Made by a program: the position numbers and the translations under genes. A model generated the notes under the pieces. That model was given only the letters and a program-made list of their open reading frames with translations. It had not been told where the DNA came from and ran no database searches. Positions 1 to 9,366 of a stretch of 64,000 nt of DNA are shown here, one piece after another. Each line of letters begins with the position of its first letter. The first letter of the stretch is position 1. Source of the stretch: an uncultured delta proteobacterium (GTDB lineage: Bacteria > Myxococcota_A > Polyangia > Fen-1088); the NCBI GenBank assembly GCA_963767925.1, contig CAVYGB010000008.1, positions 2,912,001 to 2,976,000 of the forward strand, in the 5' to 3' direction.

Positions 1-865
1 GCCGGGGGGGCATCGTCGGACGGGCCGAGAACCGGGCCATGGTGGAGGCACTGAAGCATCCCGCTGGCCCCCATCGAGGAGCTGCACCCTCTCCCGCTTC
101 GATCGGCTGGCCATCGTCGACAGCCAGCCGGGCACCGGCAACAACTCGCTGCCCGCCAAGCGCAAGGTGGACGTCGTCGTCGATCATCACCCCCTGCGCC
201 AGGAGAGCACCAGCGCCGTCTGGTGCGACGTGCGCTCGGCCCTCGGCGCCACCTCGACCATCGTGCTCGAATACCTGCGCGACCGGCGCGTGTCGATCGA
301 CGCGCGCCTGGCCACGGGCCTGTTCTATGCGCTGCGGAGCGAGACCCGCGACCTGGGCCGCGAGGCCACCGACGCCGAGCGCGACGCCTACCTGTTCCTG
401 GTCCCCCTGGTCGACCACAAGACCCTCTCCCGCATCACCCACCCCAAGGTCCCGCGCGAGCACTTCATCGCCCTCGACCGGGCCATCCGCTCGGCCCGGG
501 TCTGGGGCAACGTGGTGGCCGCCAACCTGGGCGAGCTGTCTTATCCCGACCTGGTCGCCGAGGTCGCCGACCTGCTGCTGGCCTTCGAGGGCGCCCGCTT
601 CGTGCTGTGCGGAGGCCGCTACGACCGCCGCGCCTTCCTGTCGTTGCGCACCGACGCCTCCGAGCGCCGGGCCGGCACCCTGATGCGCGAGATCATCGAC
701 GCCCGGGGGGCCGCCGGCGGCCACGGCACCATGGCCGGCGGCCGCCTCCACGAGCCGGTCGATGACGACACCCAGCTCGAGACCGCCTTCGACGCCCTCG
801 TCGAACGCCTCCTGACCCGCGTCGGCGCCTCCTCCAGCACCGCCCACCCCCTGGTCGACCGCTGA
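1..865 (+). CDS. DHH family phosphoesterase (NrnA-like, DHH/DHHA1), 5'-truncated by the window edge, with two apparent frameshifts near 57 and 88
   Basis: GIVGRAENRAMVEALK, IPLAPIEEL and RFDRLAIVDSQPGTGNNSLP...VVVDHHP lie in three successive frames; DHH motif, GATSTIV and C-terminal AGGHGTMAGG present. Confidence 0.8.
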   Translation, partial: PGGHRRTGREPGHGGGTEASRWPPSRSCTLSRFDRLAIVDSQPGTGNNSLPAKRKVDVVVDHHPLRQESTSAVWCDVRSALGATSTIVLEYLRDRRVSIDARLATGLFYALRSETRDLGREATDAERDAYLFLVPLVDHKTLSRITHPKVPREHFIALDRAIRSARVWGNVVAANLGELSYPDLVAEVADLLLAFEGARFVLCGGRYDRRAFLSLRTDASERRAGTLMREIIDARGAAGGHGTMAGGRLHEPVDDDTQLETAFDALVERLLTRVGASSSTAHPLVDR

Positions 866-903
866 ATCTCGCGCTATCGTGCCCCCCTCTCCCGTCCCCT
901 CCC

Positions 904-986
904 GCCGGAGTGGCGAAATGGTATACGCAGCGGACTCAAAATCCGCCGGGGGCAACCCCGTAGGAGTTCAAGTCTCCTCTCCGGCA
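904..986 (+). tRNA. tRNA-Leu (anticodon CAA), CCA not encoded
   Basis: Acceptor stem GCCGGAG/CTCCGGC, D-loop with TGG, anticodon stem GCGGA/TCCGC with CAA at 937-939, long variable arm, T-loop TTCAAGT. Confidence 0.95.
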
Positions 987-1181
987 CACCGCGAGAAGCC
1001 CGAGGATTCCGCACCGTTTCAGCGACCAGCCGGCTGATTGTCCGCGTCGAGGTGGGCCGGACCGGGACTGCCAGGGCGCGCGCGCTGCGCCGGATGTTGT
1101 TTCAGCGACGGATCCGGACGGGACTTCCTCCTCGTCGGACGGCCGGAGGGCCCTAGACTTCAGCTTCGACGGGAGAGTCTC

Positions 1182-1397
1182 ATGTGGAATCGAGCGAAGG
1201 CGGGCAGCGCCATGCGGAAGGTCTTGAAGAAGGCGCAGACACACGTGCCGATGCCAGCGGCCTGGAAGTCGTGGCTGGGGAGCAAGCGGCGCCGGTCGAA
1301 CCATGTTCGCAACGTGGTCGTGCTGGTCGCCCTGGCGGCGGCCTATGTCTTCCGCACGCGCTCCGAGAAGAAGCGCTGGTACGAACGCCACGAGTGA
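1182..1397 (+). CDS. small basic hypothetical protein with one hydrophobic segment
   Basis: ATG preceded by GGGAGAG; MWNRAKAG...VVVLVALAAAYVF...; no family recognised. Confidence 0.45.
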   Translation: MWNRAKAGSAMRKVLKKAQTHVPMPAAWKSWLGSKRRRSNHVRNVVVLVALAAAYVFRTRSEKKRWYERHE

Positions 1398-1461
1398 GCC
1401 GGCCCGATCGTCCGTTGCGCTTGCCGGGGGTGGGCGAAAGGGGGCATGGTGGCGACTGCCG

Positions 1462-1707
1462 ATGGATGATGAGACGGGTCATGCTGGCGAGGGAATGGCG
1501 TTGCCCACCGGGCGGCTCGACGCGCGCCTGGGGAAGCTGGATGATCAGATCGCGCACTTCGGGCGGCGGATCGCCACCATGGAGACGCGGGTCGAGCAGA
1601 TCCACGGATCGATCCAGCAGCTCCGCCAGGAGCTCGCGGAGAACCACGCCGAGCTGATGGCGAAGCTGGAAGCGACGCTCGGTCAGCTCACGCTGGCGCG
1701 CAAGTAG
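1462..1707 (+). CDS. small coiled-coil hypothetical protein
   Basis: Heptad-like pattern LDARLGKLDDQIAHFGRRIATMETRVEQIHGSIQQLRQEL; GC3-rich codons; start uncertain. Confidence 0.55.
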   Translation: MDDETGHAGEGMALPTGRLDARLGKLDDQIAHFGRRIATMETRVEQIHGSIQQLRQELAENHAELMAKLEATLGQLTLARK

Positions 1708-1728
1708 CCGCCGGTTGGCTGGTGATGG

Positions 1729-2203
1729 CTACCGCGGGCGGTCGCGGTGGCGGAGGGTGCGGCGGAGCTCGGCCAGGATGACGGGCCAGCCCTGGGGGCC
1801 GGACATGCCGGCGCGGAGGGTGGCGCCGCTGTCGCCGTGGCGGGCGAAGTCCCGGTGCTCCAGCTTCAGGCGGGTGCCGTCGGCGGCTGGCTCGAAGCGG
1901 ACCTCGACCTCGCTGGCGTTTTCGGGGGGGATGGGTTTGCGGTCGGCGCCGATGCCGAAGCCCAGGACGAGGCGCTTGCCCTCCTCGTAGGCGCGCACGT
2001 CGCCCCAGTCGAGCTTCTTGGCCCTCGATGTCGCGCTCGTACCAGGTGCCGCCCTTGCGGCGATCGACGGCGCCGTCGTCGAAGCGGGCCTCGGAGAAGG
2101 TGTAGGCCAGCGGCCACCAGACACCCAGGTCGCAGAAGACGTCGAAGGTCTTCTGTGGAGAGGCCGGGATGAGCAGCTCCTTGGTGATGATCGCGTCGGC
2201 CAT
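1729..2203 (-). pseudogene. SRPBCC/AHSA1-like domain protein, frameshifted near 2020 (pseudogene or sequencing error)
   Basis: N-half MADAIITKELLIPASPQKTFDVF...WWP...GGTWYERDIEG and C-half KKLDWGDVRAYEEGKRLVL...SEVEVRFEP...GTRLKLEHRDF...GWPVILA are in different frames; removing one base at 2020-2021 joins them. Confidence 0.8.
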
Positions 2204-2413
2204 GGGACCTCCTGTTCCGGGATGAAGGTGCGTCTCTGGAGGGGCGGTGCACCTCGGGGCAGCCCCGTCAGAGTGACCCTGCGATTTTACCGGAGCGCGG
2301 GGCCGCGGGCTGCCGCCGACCGGGAGCGGGCCTATTGGGCGCGAGGGGGGGCACGCGGAGCCGGTGCGCGTACGCGCGCGGAGGCTGTAGGTGGGAGCTG
2401 GTAAGCTGACGCC

Positions 2414-2728
2414 TTGGCGCCGAAAGCGAAACGACCGCGGGCCGAGCGGCGGCAGGTGGAGCGGGCCCTGCGCAAGGAGGTCGGCGTCCGGGAGCGGCTG
2501 GCGGCCGCCGCGCCGGGAGGCGCCGCGGATCGGCCGCTGGTCGTCGCCTCGGCGTCGGTGATCGAGGGCCGCGCGCGCTCGGTTCCCTGCATTCAATGTG
2601 GGGGCGAGCTGGACCTGCGGCAGCACCGGGCCGGCAGCGGCGCTCTCCGCGTCGTCGCCCTGGTGTGCCGGCTGTGCCACGCCCCCCGCGAGATCTGGTT
2701 CAAGATCGAGCCCGCCGCGGCGAATTGA
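2414..2728 (+). CDS. hypothetical protein with a C-terminal zinc ribbon (CxxC...CxxC)
   Basis: CIQCGG and CRLCH motifs; TTG start 6 nt after TAAGCT. Confidence 0.7.
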   Translation: MAPKAKRPRAERRQVERALRKEVGVRERLAAAAPGGAADRPLVVASASVIEGRARSVPCIQCGGELDLRQHRAGSGALRVVALVCRLCHAPREIWFKIEPAAAN

Positions 2729-2858
2729 ATCCGGCCGGTGGCGCCGCGGCGAAGCCCGCCGCGGGGACGCGGACCCTGCCCCGGCGGGCGACGAACAGGC
2801 GCTCCCGAGGAAACTGCCCCGAGCGCCAACAGGAGGACGGGCGGCGAAATATTCAAGA

Positions 2859-3365
2859 GTGTACGAGCTGTCCCGCTCGTATTGGCTGCGGACGCAGCCG
2901 GAGGGCATGAGCAACGAGTGGCTGCTCGCCCGCCTGCTCGTCGAGGACCAGCTCGGGACCGCCCCCGCCGCCGCGGGCCTGCGGGCCCGCTTGCTCGATC
3001 GCCAGCAGGCCGATGGCGGCTGGCCATGGCTCGCCGGCCCGGCCAGGCAAGCCAGCGACGCCCTCACGACCGGCCAGGCGCTGTACGCCCTGCGCTTGGC
3101 GGGCCTGGACGGGGACCACGCCGCCATCCGCCGCGGGGCGGCCTATCTCATGCGCACCCAGAGGCCGGACGGCGCCTGGATCGTCCCCGCCAAGCTCGTC
3201 AGCACGCGGGACGAACCGGGCGGCAAGATCGAATACATCTACAAGTTCTGGGGAACCGCCTGGGCGACGATCGGCCTGGCCCGCAGCGCGAGGGACGTGA
3301 CCGCGGTGGCCGGCCCCGTCGACTCGGTGTCCACAGCGCGGGCCACGGCCCCCCTCCCCCGCTGA
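2859..3365 (+). pseudogene. prenyltransferase/squalene-cyclase QW-repeat protein, short, probably a C-terminal remnant
   Basis: QQADGGW and QRPDGAW QW motifs, SDALTTGQALYAL, GTAWATIGL; no recognisable N-terminal half; start uncertain (2859 or 2907). Confidence 0.6.
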
Positions 3366-3457
3366 GGTGACCTCGGGGGCGCATGGCTGAACCGCGCTGC
3401 GGTTCCCGGACGGGTGAGAAAGCTGCGGGGGTGGGGGCGGCGGGGTACGCTGGCGGC

Positions 3458-3775
3458 GTGGCCTGGTACGTCTATGTCGTGCGTTGCGGCGACGGCTCGC
3501 TCTACACGGGCATCAGCGTCGACGTGGCGGCGCGCGTGCGCGCGCACAACGAGGGGCGCGGCGCCCGCTACACGAGGAGCCGCCTGCCGGTGGGGCTGGT
3601 CCACACCGAGCGAAAGCGTTCCCGCTCGACGGCGCAGAGCCGGGAGGCGGCCATCAAGGCGCTCTCCCGCCAGGACAAGCTGAAGCTGATCGCTGCCTGG
3701 ACGGCGGCCCGCTCCACCCGAGCGACACCAGCCCCGGCTCCTCGGGTGCGACGTCCCCCGGGGCTTCGCACGTAG
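3458..3775 (+). CDS. GIY-YIG nuclease family protein (UPF0213/YhbQ-like)
   Basis: WYVYVVRCGDGSLYTGIS, RVRAHNEGRGARYT, REAAIKALSR. Confidence 0.88.
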   Translation: MAWYVYVVRCGDGSLYTGISVDVAARVRAHNEGRGARYTRSRLPVGLVHTERKRSRSTAQSREAAIKALSRQDKLKLIAAWTAARSTRATPAPAPRVRRPPGLRT

Positions 3776-3916
3776 CAACGGACGCCCACTCCTCCGTCGG
3801 GTGGGAGAAGGTCGTGGACGGATCCGGCGATGTCAGTAAAATCCCGGCACCTGCGCGCGGTGAGGCCCCATATCACGGGGTCTGCCCGCGCCCGCAACGA
3901 CGCACCGGAGGCCGCC

Positions 3917-5044
3917 ATGTCAAAAGAAGTCTCTCGTCGAGGGTTCATCTCGGGTCTGACCGTGAGCGGGGGGATGGCGCTGGCGACGACGGCGGAGGCC
4001 GCCACCACGCCGGAGGCGGGCGACAGCGCCCACCGCCACTTCCTCGAGCTCAAGCCCACCACCACGCCCATCCGCATGTTGCTGGCCGGCCGGCCGGGGC
4101 GCCCCGACGTGTTGACTTCGGCCGAGGTGGCGAAGGTGAAGAGCGGGGCGCCGGGGATCGACCTGGCGATCCCGAAGACCGAGGCCGACATGTTGAAGGC
4201 GGCGGCGCGCGCCGAGGCCATCCTCGGCGAGCCGACGGTGGAGACCATCCGGGCGGCCAAGAACCTCAAGTGGGTGCAACACTGGGCGGCCGGCGTGGAG
4301 AAGCTGCCCCCCGAGCTGATGGCCCACCCCTGTCTGCTCACCAACATGGCGCGCGTGTTCGCCCCGGTCATCGCCGAGAGCGCCTTCGCCATGTTGCTCT
4401 CGCTGACCCGCGGCCTGGCCAGCGACGCCTTCCCGAACTTCCAGAAGAAGAGCTGGCCGGCGCCGGCCCGCCCCTCGGTGCCGCTGGTCGACCTCTACGG
4501 CAAGACCATGGGGGTCGTCGGGCTGGGCGGGCTGGGCACCGAGATCGCCCGCCGGGCGGTGCACGGCTTCGGCATGAAGGTCGTCGCCGTCGACGCCAAG
4601 CCGATGCCGAAGCCGGAGTGGGTGGCCGACCTGCGCGAGCCGGCCTGGCTGCCCCAGATGGCACGCGAGGTGGACGTGCTGGTCAGCAGCGCGCCCCACA
4701 CGCGGCAGACCGAGAAGGTGTTCAACGACGCCCTGTTTCGCTCGATGAAGAAGACGGCCTACTTCCTCAACGTGTCCCGGGGCGGACTGGTCGACCAGGA
4801 GGCGCTGGCCCGGGCCCTCAAGGCGGGGACCATCCAGGGCGCCGGCCTCGACGTCACGACGCCCGAGCCCCTGCCCCCGGAAGACCCGCTGTGGTCCTGT
4901 CCCAACCTGATCATCACGCCGCACAACTCGGGCCAGGCGCCCATCCGCCAGGTTCGCCTGGTGGCGCTGGTGGCGGAGAACGTGCGCCGGTATGCCAGCG
5001 GTTTCCCGCTGCTCAACGTCGTCGACAAGCAGCGCGGCTACTGA
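3917..5044 (+). CDS. D-2-hydroxyacid dehydrogenase (NAD(P)-binding) with a twin-arginine signal peptide
   Basis: GGAGG RBS; SRRGFISG...AEA signal; GLGGLG Rossmann motif; catalytic R (NVSRG), E (PEPL), H (TPHNS). Confidence 0.9.
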   Translation: MSKEVSRRGFISGLTVSGGMALATTAEAATTPEAGDSAHRHFLELKPTTTPIRMLLAGRPGRPDVLTSAEVAKVKSGAPGIDLAIPKTEADMLKAAARAEAILGEPTVETIRAAKNLKWVQHWAAGVEKLPPELMAHPCLLTNMARVFAPVIAESAFAMLLSLTRGLASDAFPNFQKKSWPAPARPSVPLVDLYGKTMGVVGLGGLGTEIARRAVHGFGMKVVAVDAKPMPKPEWVADLREPAWLPQMAREVDVLVSSAPHTRQTEKVFNDALFRSMKKTAYFLNVSRGGLVDQEALARALKAGTIQGAGLDVTTPEPLPPEDPLWSCPNLIITPHNSGQAPIRQVRLVALVAENVRRYASGFPLLNVVDKQRGY

Positions 5045-5145
5045 CCAGGCCGGACAAGGCGAGCGTTTCCGGGGCCCCTCGGCCGGGGGAACACCGGGGC
5101 TAAGGCCCGGGCGGGGATCCACCGATCTCCTGAGGCGAGATTCCT

Positions 5146-6675
5146 GTGCATCTCGCCCTGGCACCGGAGCGCGTGGTCGACGGGCCACGTGGCCGCTACC
5201 GAATCGTCGCCGAACATGGGCGGGGGGGCTTCGGCGTCACCTACCGGGGCGAGCGCGAGGGCGATGGGCTGCCCGTGATCGTGAAGACCCTGCGGCTGGC
5301 GGGGCTGCCAGGGTGGAAGGCCTACGAGCTGTTCGAGCGCGAGGCGGCGGTGCTGCGCGCGCTCCGGCACCCCAACGTGCCAGCCTGGATCGACGACATC
5401 GTCTTCGGGCAGGAGGGAGACGTCGGCGCGGCCGCCGGCTTCGCCCTGGTGATGGAGCTGATCCCGGGGCGGACCCTGCGCGAGGCCACCCGGAACGGGG
5501 GCCTGTCGGCGGCGGAGATGACGGGCTGGCTGCGCAACGTGCTCGAGGTGCTGGCCTTCATCCACGGCCGCTCTCCGCCCCTCATCCACCGCGACGTCAA
5601 CCCCAAGAACATCATTCTCCGCCCCGACGGCAGCGCCGCCCTGGTCGACTTCGGCAGCGTGCAGGCGGCGCTGCGCTCGGCCGACACGGTCGCCTCGACC
5701 TCGGCCGGGACCTTCGGCTACGCGCCTCTCGAGCAGTTCATCGGCCACGCCACGCCGGTCAGCGACCTCTATGGCCTGGGCATGACCTTCCTGACCGCGG
5801 CCACCGGCCGCGAGCCCAACAAGCTGCCTTTCCAGGGGCTGAAGGTCGACGTCCGGAGCCTGCTGCGCGATCCGCCGCACCTGGTGAGCCTCATCGAGGC
5901 CATGGTCGAGCCCGATCCCCGCTTCCGCATCAGCGGCGCCAGCGTTGCCCTGGAGGTGCTGGCCGGCACCGCCCGGCTGCCCGCCTCCCCCGCCGGGGAG
6001 GCGCGCGCCGAGGGCCGCCGGATCGCCCGGCGCCGGGACGGCGATGACGACGACGATGACGTCAGCGCCGAGCGGGGCCTCGCCCGGGGCGAAGACCACC
6101 GGATGGACGGCGGGGTGGACGGCGAGATCGCCCGCGAGCGGGAGGCCTCCGCGCCGCTGCGGGCCGACGACTACCTGGCACGCCTGCGCGAGAAGCTGCT
6201 CGACCTCGGCTTCGAGGTCGAGCCCGACGGGGAGATCGGACGCAGCCCGCTCGAGGTGGCGGCCCATCGCCTGGCGGCCGGCTTCGCCGGCATCGGCGCC
6301 CACCTCTACGCGGTCCGGGGCGAGCGGGTCAACGGCGCCCGGGCCCACAAGCCCCTGCCCCCGGTGCCCGCCGCCCTCTTCGTCCAGTCCGCCTCGAGCT
6401 TGCACGCCCGCGACGAGCTCGGCTTCTGGGCTCGCCTGCTCGGCCAGCGGCAGGTGGTGATCCCCCTGTTCATCTGCACCGCGGGGGTGGGCCCCCGGAC
6501 CCGGGGCCACATCGCCGCCGCGCTCCGCGAGCCGGCCTCGATCGTCGTGGTGCCCGCCATCGTCGACCTGCTGGGCGAGGGGTTCGAGCTGATCACGCCC
6601 CCCTCCCTGCTGGCCGGCGACCCCGGCGGCGTGATGGAGACCGTCCGCCACCTGCTCTCCCTGCCGGGGCGCTGA
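5146..6675 (+). CDS. Hanks-type Ser/Thr protein kinase with an unrecognised C-terminal domain
   Basis: GRGGFGVTY, VIVK, HRDVNPKN, DFG, GTFGYAPLEQ, SDLYGLG. Confidence 0.88.
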   Translation: MHLALAPERVVDGPRGRYRIVAEHGRGGFGVTYRGEREGDGLPVIVKTLRLAGLPGWKAYELFEREAAVLRALRHPNVPAWIDDIVFGQEGDVGAAAGFALVMELIPGRTLREATRNGGLSAAEMTGWLRNVLEVLAFIHGRSPPLIHRDVNPKNIILRPDGSAALVDFGSVQAALRSADTVASTSAGTFGYAPLEQFIGHATPVSDLYGLGMTFLTAATGREPNKLPFQGLKVDVRSLLRDPPHLVSLIEAMVEPDPRFRISGASVALEVLAGTARLPASPAGEARAEGRRIARRRDGDDDDDDVSAERGLARGEDHRMDGGVDGEIAREREASAPLRADDYLARLREKLLDLGFEVEPDGEIGRSPLEVAAHRLAAGFAGIGAHLYAVRGERVNGARAHKPLPPVPAALFVQSASSLHARDELGFWARLLGQRQVVIPLFICTAGVGPRTRGHIAAALREPASIVVVPAIVDLLGEGFELITPPSLLAGDPGGVMETVRHLLSLPGR

Positions 6676-6677
6676 GG

Positions 6678-7181
6678 TCAGTGGGCGCCGCCCTCCACCA
6701 CGAAGCTCACGGCGGGATCCGCGGCGGTGACCCCCAGGACGTGGGTCCCCACCTGCAGCGGGTAGACGTGGCGCCCCTTCACCTCGGGGCAGGCGGCGCT
6801 GCTGCCCGCCGATGACTCGGCCGCCACCTCCCCGCCGGTGGGGCCCGTCACCACGAGCTGGACGGGCGCGCTGCTGAAGAACAGGTAGTCCCCGACCGCG
6901 CTGGCGGCGAAGGTGAGGTAGCCGGCTTTTCCCGCCGCGCCCGCGACGTCGACGAGGGTGACGTCGTAGCGGCGGTGGTCGGCCCCCAGCGCGGGGGCGG
7001 TGGGGCTGGCGGTGCTGGCCGCGGTGAGGGCGACCGCGCCTTCCGCCTGCGTCAGGTGCTCGCAGGCCTCGAGGTCGGGGTCCTCCTCGGTGTGGCCGTC
7101 GCCGCCGCAACCGGGGAGTGAGGCGGCGGCCAGCAGGAGCAGGGCGGGGAACGCGGGGAGAGATATGGCGAAGGGGTGCAT
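6678..7181 (-). CDS. lipoprotein of the metal-uptake locus
   Basis: Signal peptide ending LPGC; His/acidic N-terminus GHTEED..EACEH; follows the outer-membrane receptor on the same strand. Confidence 0.7.
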   Translation of the reverse strand: MHPFAISLPAFPALLLLAAASLPGCGGDGHTEEDPDLEACEHLTQAEGAVALTAASTASPTAPALGADHRRYDVTLVDVAGAAGKAGYLTFAASAVGDYLFFSSAPVQLVVTGPTGGEVAAESSAGSSAACPEVKGRHVYPLQVGTHVLGVTAADPAVSFVVEGGAH

Positions 7182-7259
7182 GGGTAGGTCCTTTCGTTCT
7201 GGTTACGTTATTCGAAGCAGGGCGGTCGAACCCCGCTGGCGGGATCGCAGGGGCGGCGG

Positions 7260-8147
7260 TCAGTCGGGGTGGCGCGCGACGGTGGCCGTGAGGACGCGTC
7301 CCTCGGCCAGGTTTCTGCGCAGGGTGGCGCCGGCGGCGGCCACGTCGAGGGCGCCGGCCGGCGCCGGCAAGGCGGCGAAGTCGACCCCGTCGAACAGGGC
7401 GGCGCTCAGCTCGACCGCCAGATCGACGGTGACGCCAGGGGGAGATGCGCGATCGAGAGGGATGTCGAGGTCGGTCTCGAGGACCGGCGGGCCGGCGGCG
7501 GCGCCTTCCCCGGTCGCGGCTGGGGCGCCGAGCTGCAGGCGGAAGGGCGTCTCGGGCAGGCGCGGCGGCTGGCGGAGATCGCGCACGGAGCCCTCCATGG
7601 CCAGCACCGCGATGGCCGCCGAGGCCCCCACGATCCGGGAGCGGTCGAGGTTGCAGCTCGGCTCGCACGGCAAGGAGCGCGTCTCGGGGACGAGCAGGTC
7701 GAGCGCCCCCTCGACCGGCAGGGTGAGCACGGCGGTTCGCTCGGCTCCCCCCACGGCGCCCGCGAGCTGCGCCTCGATCTCCCGGTAGGGGACCAGGCTC
7801 CCGTCGGCCGCGTGGCAGTGCCCGTTGTGGCACAGGCTGTAGCCGGGCGGCGGCCGGGCCGGGTCGAAGCGGGCCTCGGCGCCCGCCGGCGCGGCCAGCA
7901 GGCGGATGGCCGCGAGCGCGAGCCGCGCCCCGCTGACCCGGACCTGGTAGTCGTTGCTCAGCATCTGCCAGCCCGGCCCGGCGTCCCGATCGGCGCGGAC
8001 CTGGTAGGCGGCGGTCAAGCTCGGGCGCAGCGATCCGAACCATCCCCCCGGCTCGAAGGTGCAGCCGCTCGCCGCCCCGCCGGCGACGAGCGCGCAGGCC
8101 AGGGCGAAGGCGGTCAACGGAGCCCGGGTCGTCGTCATCCTGTCCAT
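7260..8147 (-). CDS. lipoprotein with a His/Cys motif (CHNGHCH)
   Basis: Signal peptide ending ASGC; PPPGYSLCHNGHCHAADG; GGAGG RBS; 10 bp after the receptor stop. Confidence 0.75.
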   Translation of the reverse strand: MDRMTTTRAPLTAFALACALVAGGAASGCTFEPGGWFGSLRPSLTAAYQVRADRDAGPGWQMLSNDYQVRVSGARLALAAIRLLAAPAGAEARFDPARPPPGYSLCHNGHCHAADGSLVPYREIEAQLAGAVGGAERTAVLTLPVEGALDLLVPETRSLPCEPSCNLDRSRIVGASAAIAVLAMEGSVRDLRQPPRLPETPFRLQLGAPAATGEGAAAGPPVLETDLDIPLDRASPPGVTVDLAVELSAALFDGVDFAALPAPAGALDVAAAGATLRRNLAEGRVLTATVARHPD

Positions 8148-8157
8148 GGTGCCTCCT

Positions 8158-9366
8158 TCAAAACGGGTGGGCGCCGTGAGCGCCGACCACGAACTCCGCC
8201 GCCAGGAAGACCGCCCAGCCGGTCTTCCCCGACCCGGCCAGGTGATCGGACGACCCCTGCAATCGCAGCCGGGAGAACTCGGTCGGCCAGAAGGTGGCGG
8301 CGGCGCTCAGCCGCTGCCGGTGCCCGGTCCAGTCGGGATCGAGGTCGTCGCCCACGACCCCCGCCCGGTTCCGGGTGGGGCTACCGTATTCGTAACGTAC
8401 GCCGCTGCCCCAGCGGCGGGCGAACCGCCAGGTCAGGTAAGCGTAGCCGCCGAGGTCGCGCAGGACGTCGCCGGGGACCTGCCGGCGCCGGTGGAACAAC
8501 TCCGCCTGCAGCGCGACGACGGTGTGGCTGCCGGTGGTGATGGGGCGATACTTCAGATAGACGTCGGTGCCGAAGATGTCGGTCCGGTTGCGGGGGCCGG
8601 TCGGGTTCGGTCCGAGCGCCGCCGTCAGCCCCCAGGCCAGCGACAGGTCGTGAGACAGGGGGAAGAACTGCTTGGCCGCCAGGGTGGTCTGGAAGTCGAG
8701 GGGCGAGCGGATCCCCAGGTCCTCCCCCCCATAGAAGCTCCGGGCGGTCGCCTCACCGGCCGGATCGGTCAGCGAGGCGACCAGCTCGACGTACCAGGGC
8801 AGCGGCGTCAGGTACGACAGCTCCAGCCCCAGCCCCCGGTTGCCCTCGCCGCCGAACAGCCGGCCCAGCACGAAGGGTTGATCGACGAAGTCCCAGCCGT
8901 GCGGATGGGTCGGGTTCAGCCGCCCCACCCGGGTCAGGAACTGCCCCGCCCGGAGCTGCAGGTTGGCCGGCAAGGCCAGGGTGGTGGCGTAGGCCTCCTC
9001 GATCTCCACCCCGAACTGGCTGAACACCAGGTTGCCGTCGAAGCGAAAATACGGGTCGACCGCCTTGCCGATCGACAGCTCGAGCTGCTGCAGGTTGAAG
9101 CCGTTCTTCCGGGGATCGTGGCCTCCGGTCTGGCGCGGGTCATCGCTGGAGAAGGCGGCCAGCGCCAGGTCGGTGATGACCGCCAGGTCCGGGTTGAGGT
9201 TGCTTGCCGCGGCCGCCGTCCCCACGGGGGCGCCCGGGGGCGGAGAGGGAGGGGCCTCCTTCGCGGCGGCGGTGTCGGCCTGCAGGGCCCGCTCGATCTC
9301 GCTGAGATCGGAGGCGGGCTGGGCGAGCTGAAGAACCATCGAAAACAAGAGACTCGGCACCAGCAC
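8158..9366 (-). CDS. outer-membrane beta-barrel of the 'zinc-regulated TonB-dependent receptor' type
   Basis: AGGAG RBS before GTG; NPDLAVI, GFNLQQLELSI...VDPYFR, EIEEAY, GRLNPTHPHGWDFVDQP, C-terminal GAHGAHPF. Confidence 0.8.
   Translation of the reverse strand: MLVPSLLFSMVLQLAQPASDLSEIERALQADTAAAKEAPPSPPPGAPVGTAAAASNLNPDLAVITDLALAAFSSDDPRQTGGHDPRKNGFNLQQLELSIGKAVDPYFRFDGNLVFSQFGVEIEEAYATTLALPANLQLRAGQFLTRVGRLNPTHPHGWDFVDQPFVLGRLFGGEGNRGLGLELSYLTPLPWYVELVASLTDPAGEATARSFYGGEDLGIRSPLDFQTTLAAKQFFPLSHDLSLAWGLTAALGPNPTGPRNRTDIFGTDVYLKYRPITTGSHTVVALQAELFHRRRQVPGDVLRDLGGYAYLTWRFARRWGSGVRYEYGSPTRNRAGVVGDDLDPDWTGHRQRLSAAATFWPTEFSRLRLQGSSDHLAGSGKTGWAVFLAAEFVVGAHGAHPF

Noticed and set aside
2000..2040. 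Programmed ribosomal frameshifting in the SRPBCC gene
   Set aside because: No slippery sequence or known recoding precedent; a single-base error is simpler
904..3400. Prophage or integrative element at tRNA-Leu
   Set aside because: No integrase, phage gene or duplicated tRNA 3' end found by eye in the window
3458..3775. GIY-YIG protein as a homing endonuclease or mobile intron
   Set aside because: It is the short stand-alone UPF0213 type and does not interrupt any gene
7190..7220. AT-rich GGTTACGTTATTCG as a Zur/Fur box
   Set aside because: No convincing inverted repeat, and it lies before the last gene of the locus rather than the first
5038..8043. 1001-aa minus-strand ORF and similar long ORFs (39290-42046, 42846-45317, 56114-59158, 18570-21089)
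   Set aside because: Arg/Gly/Pro-rich shadow frames of real genes, expected in very high GC DNA; only the 3' end of 18570-21089 (from 20667) looks like a real gene
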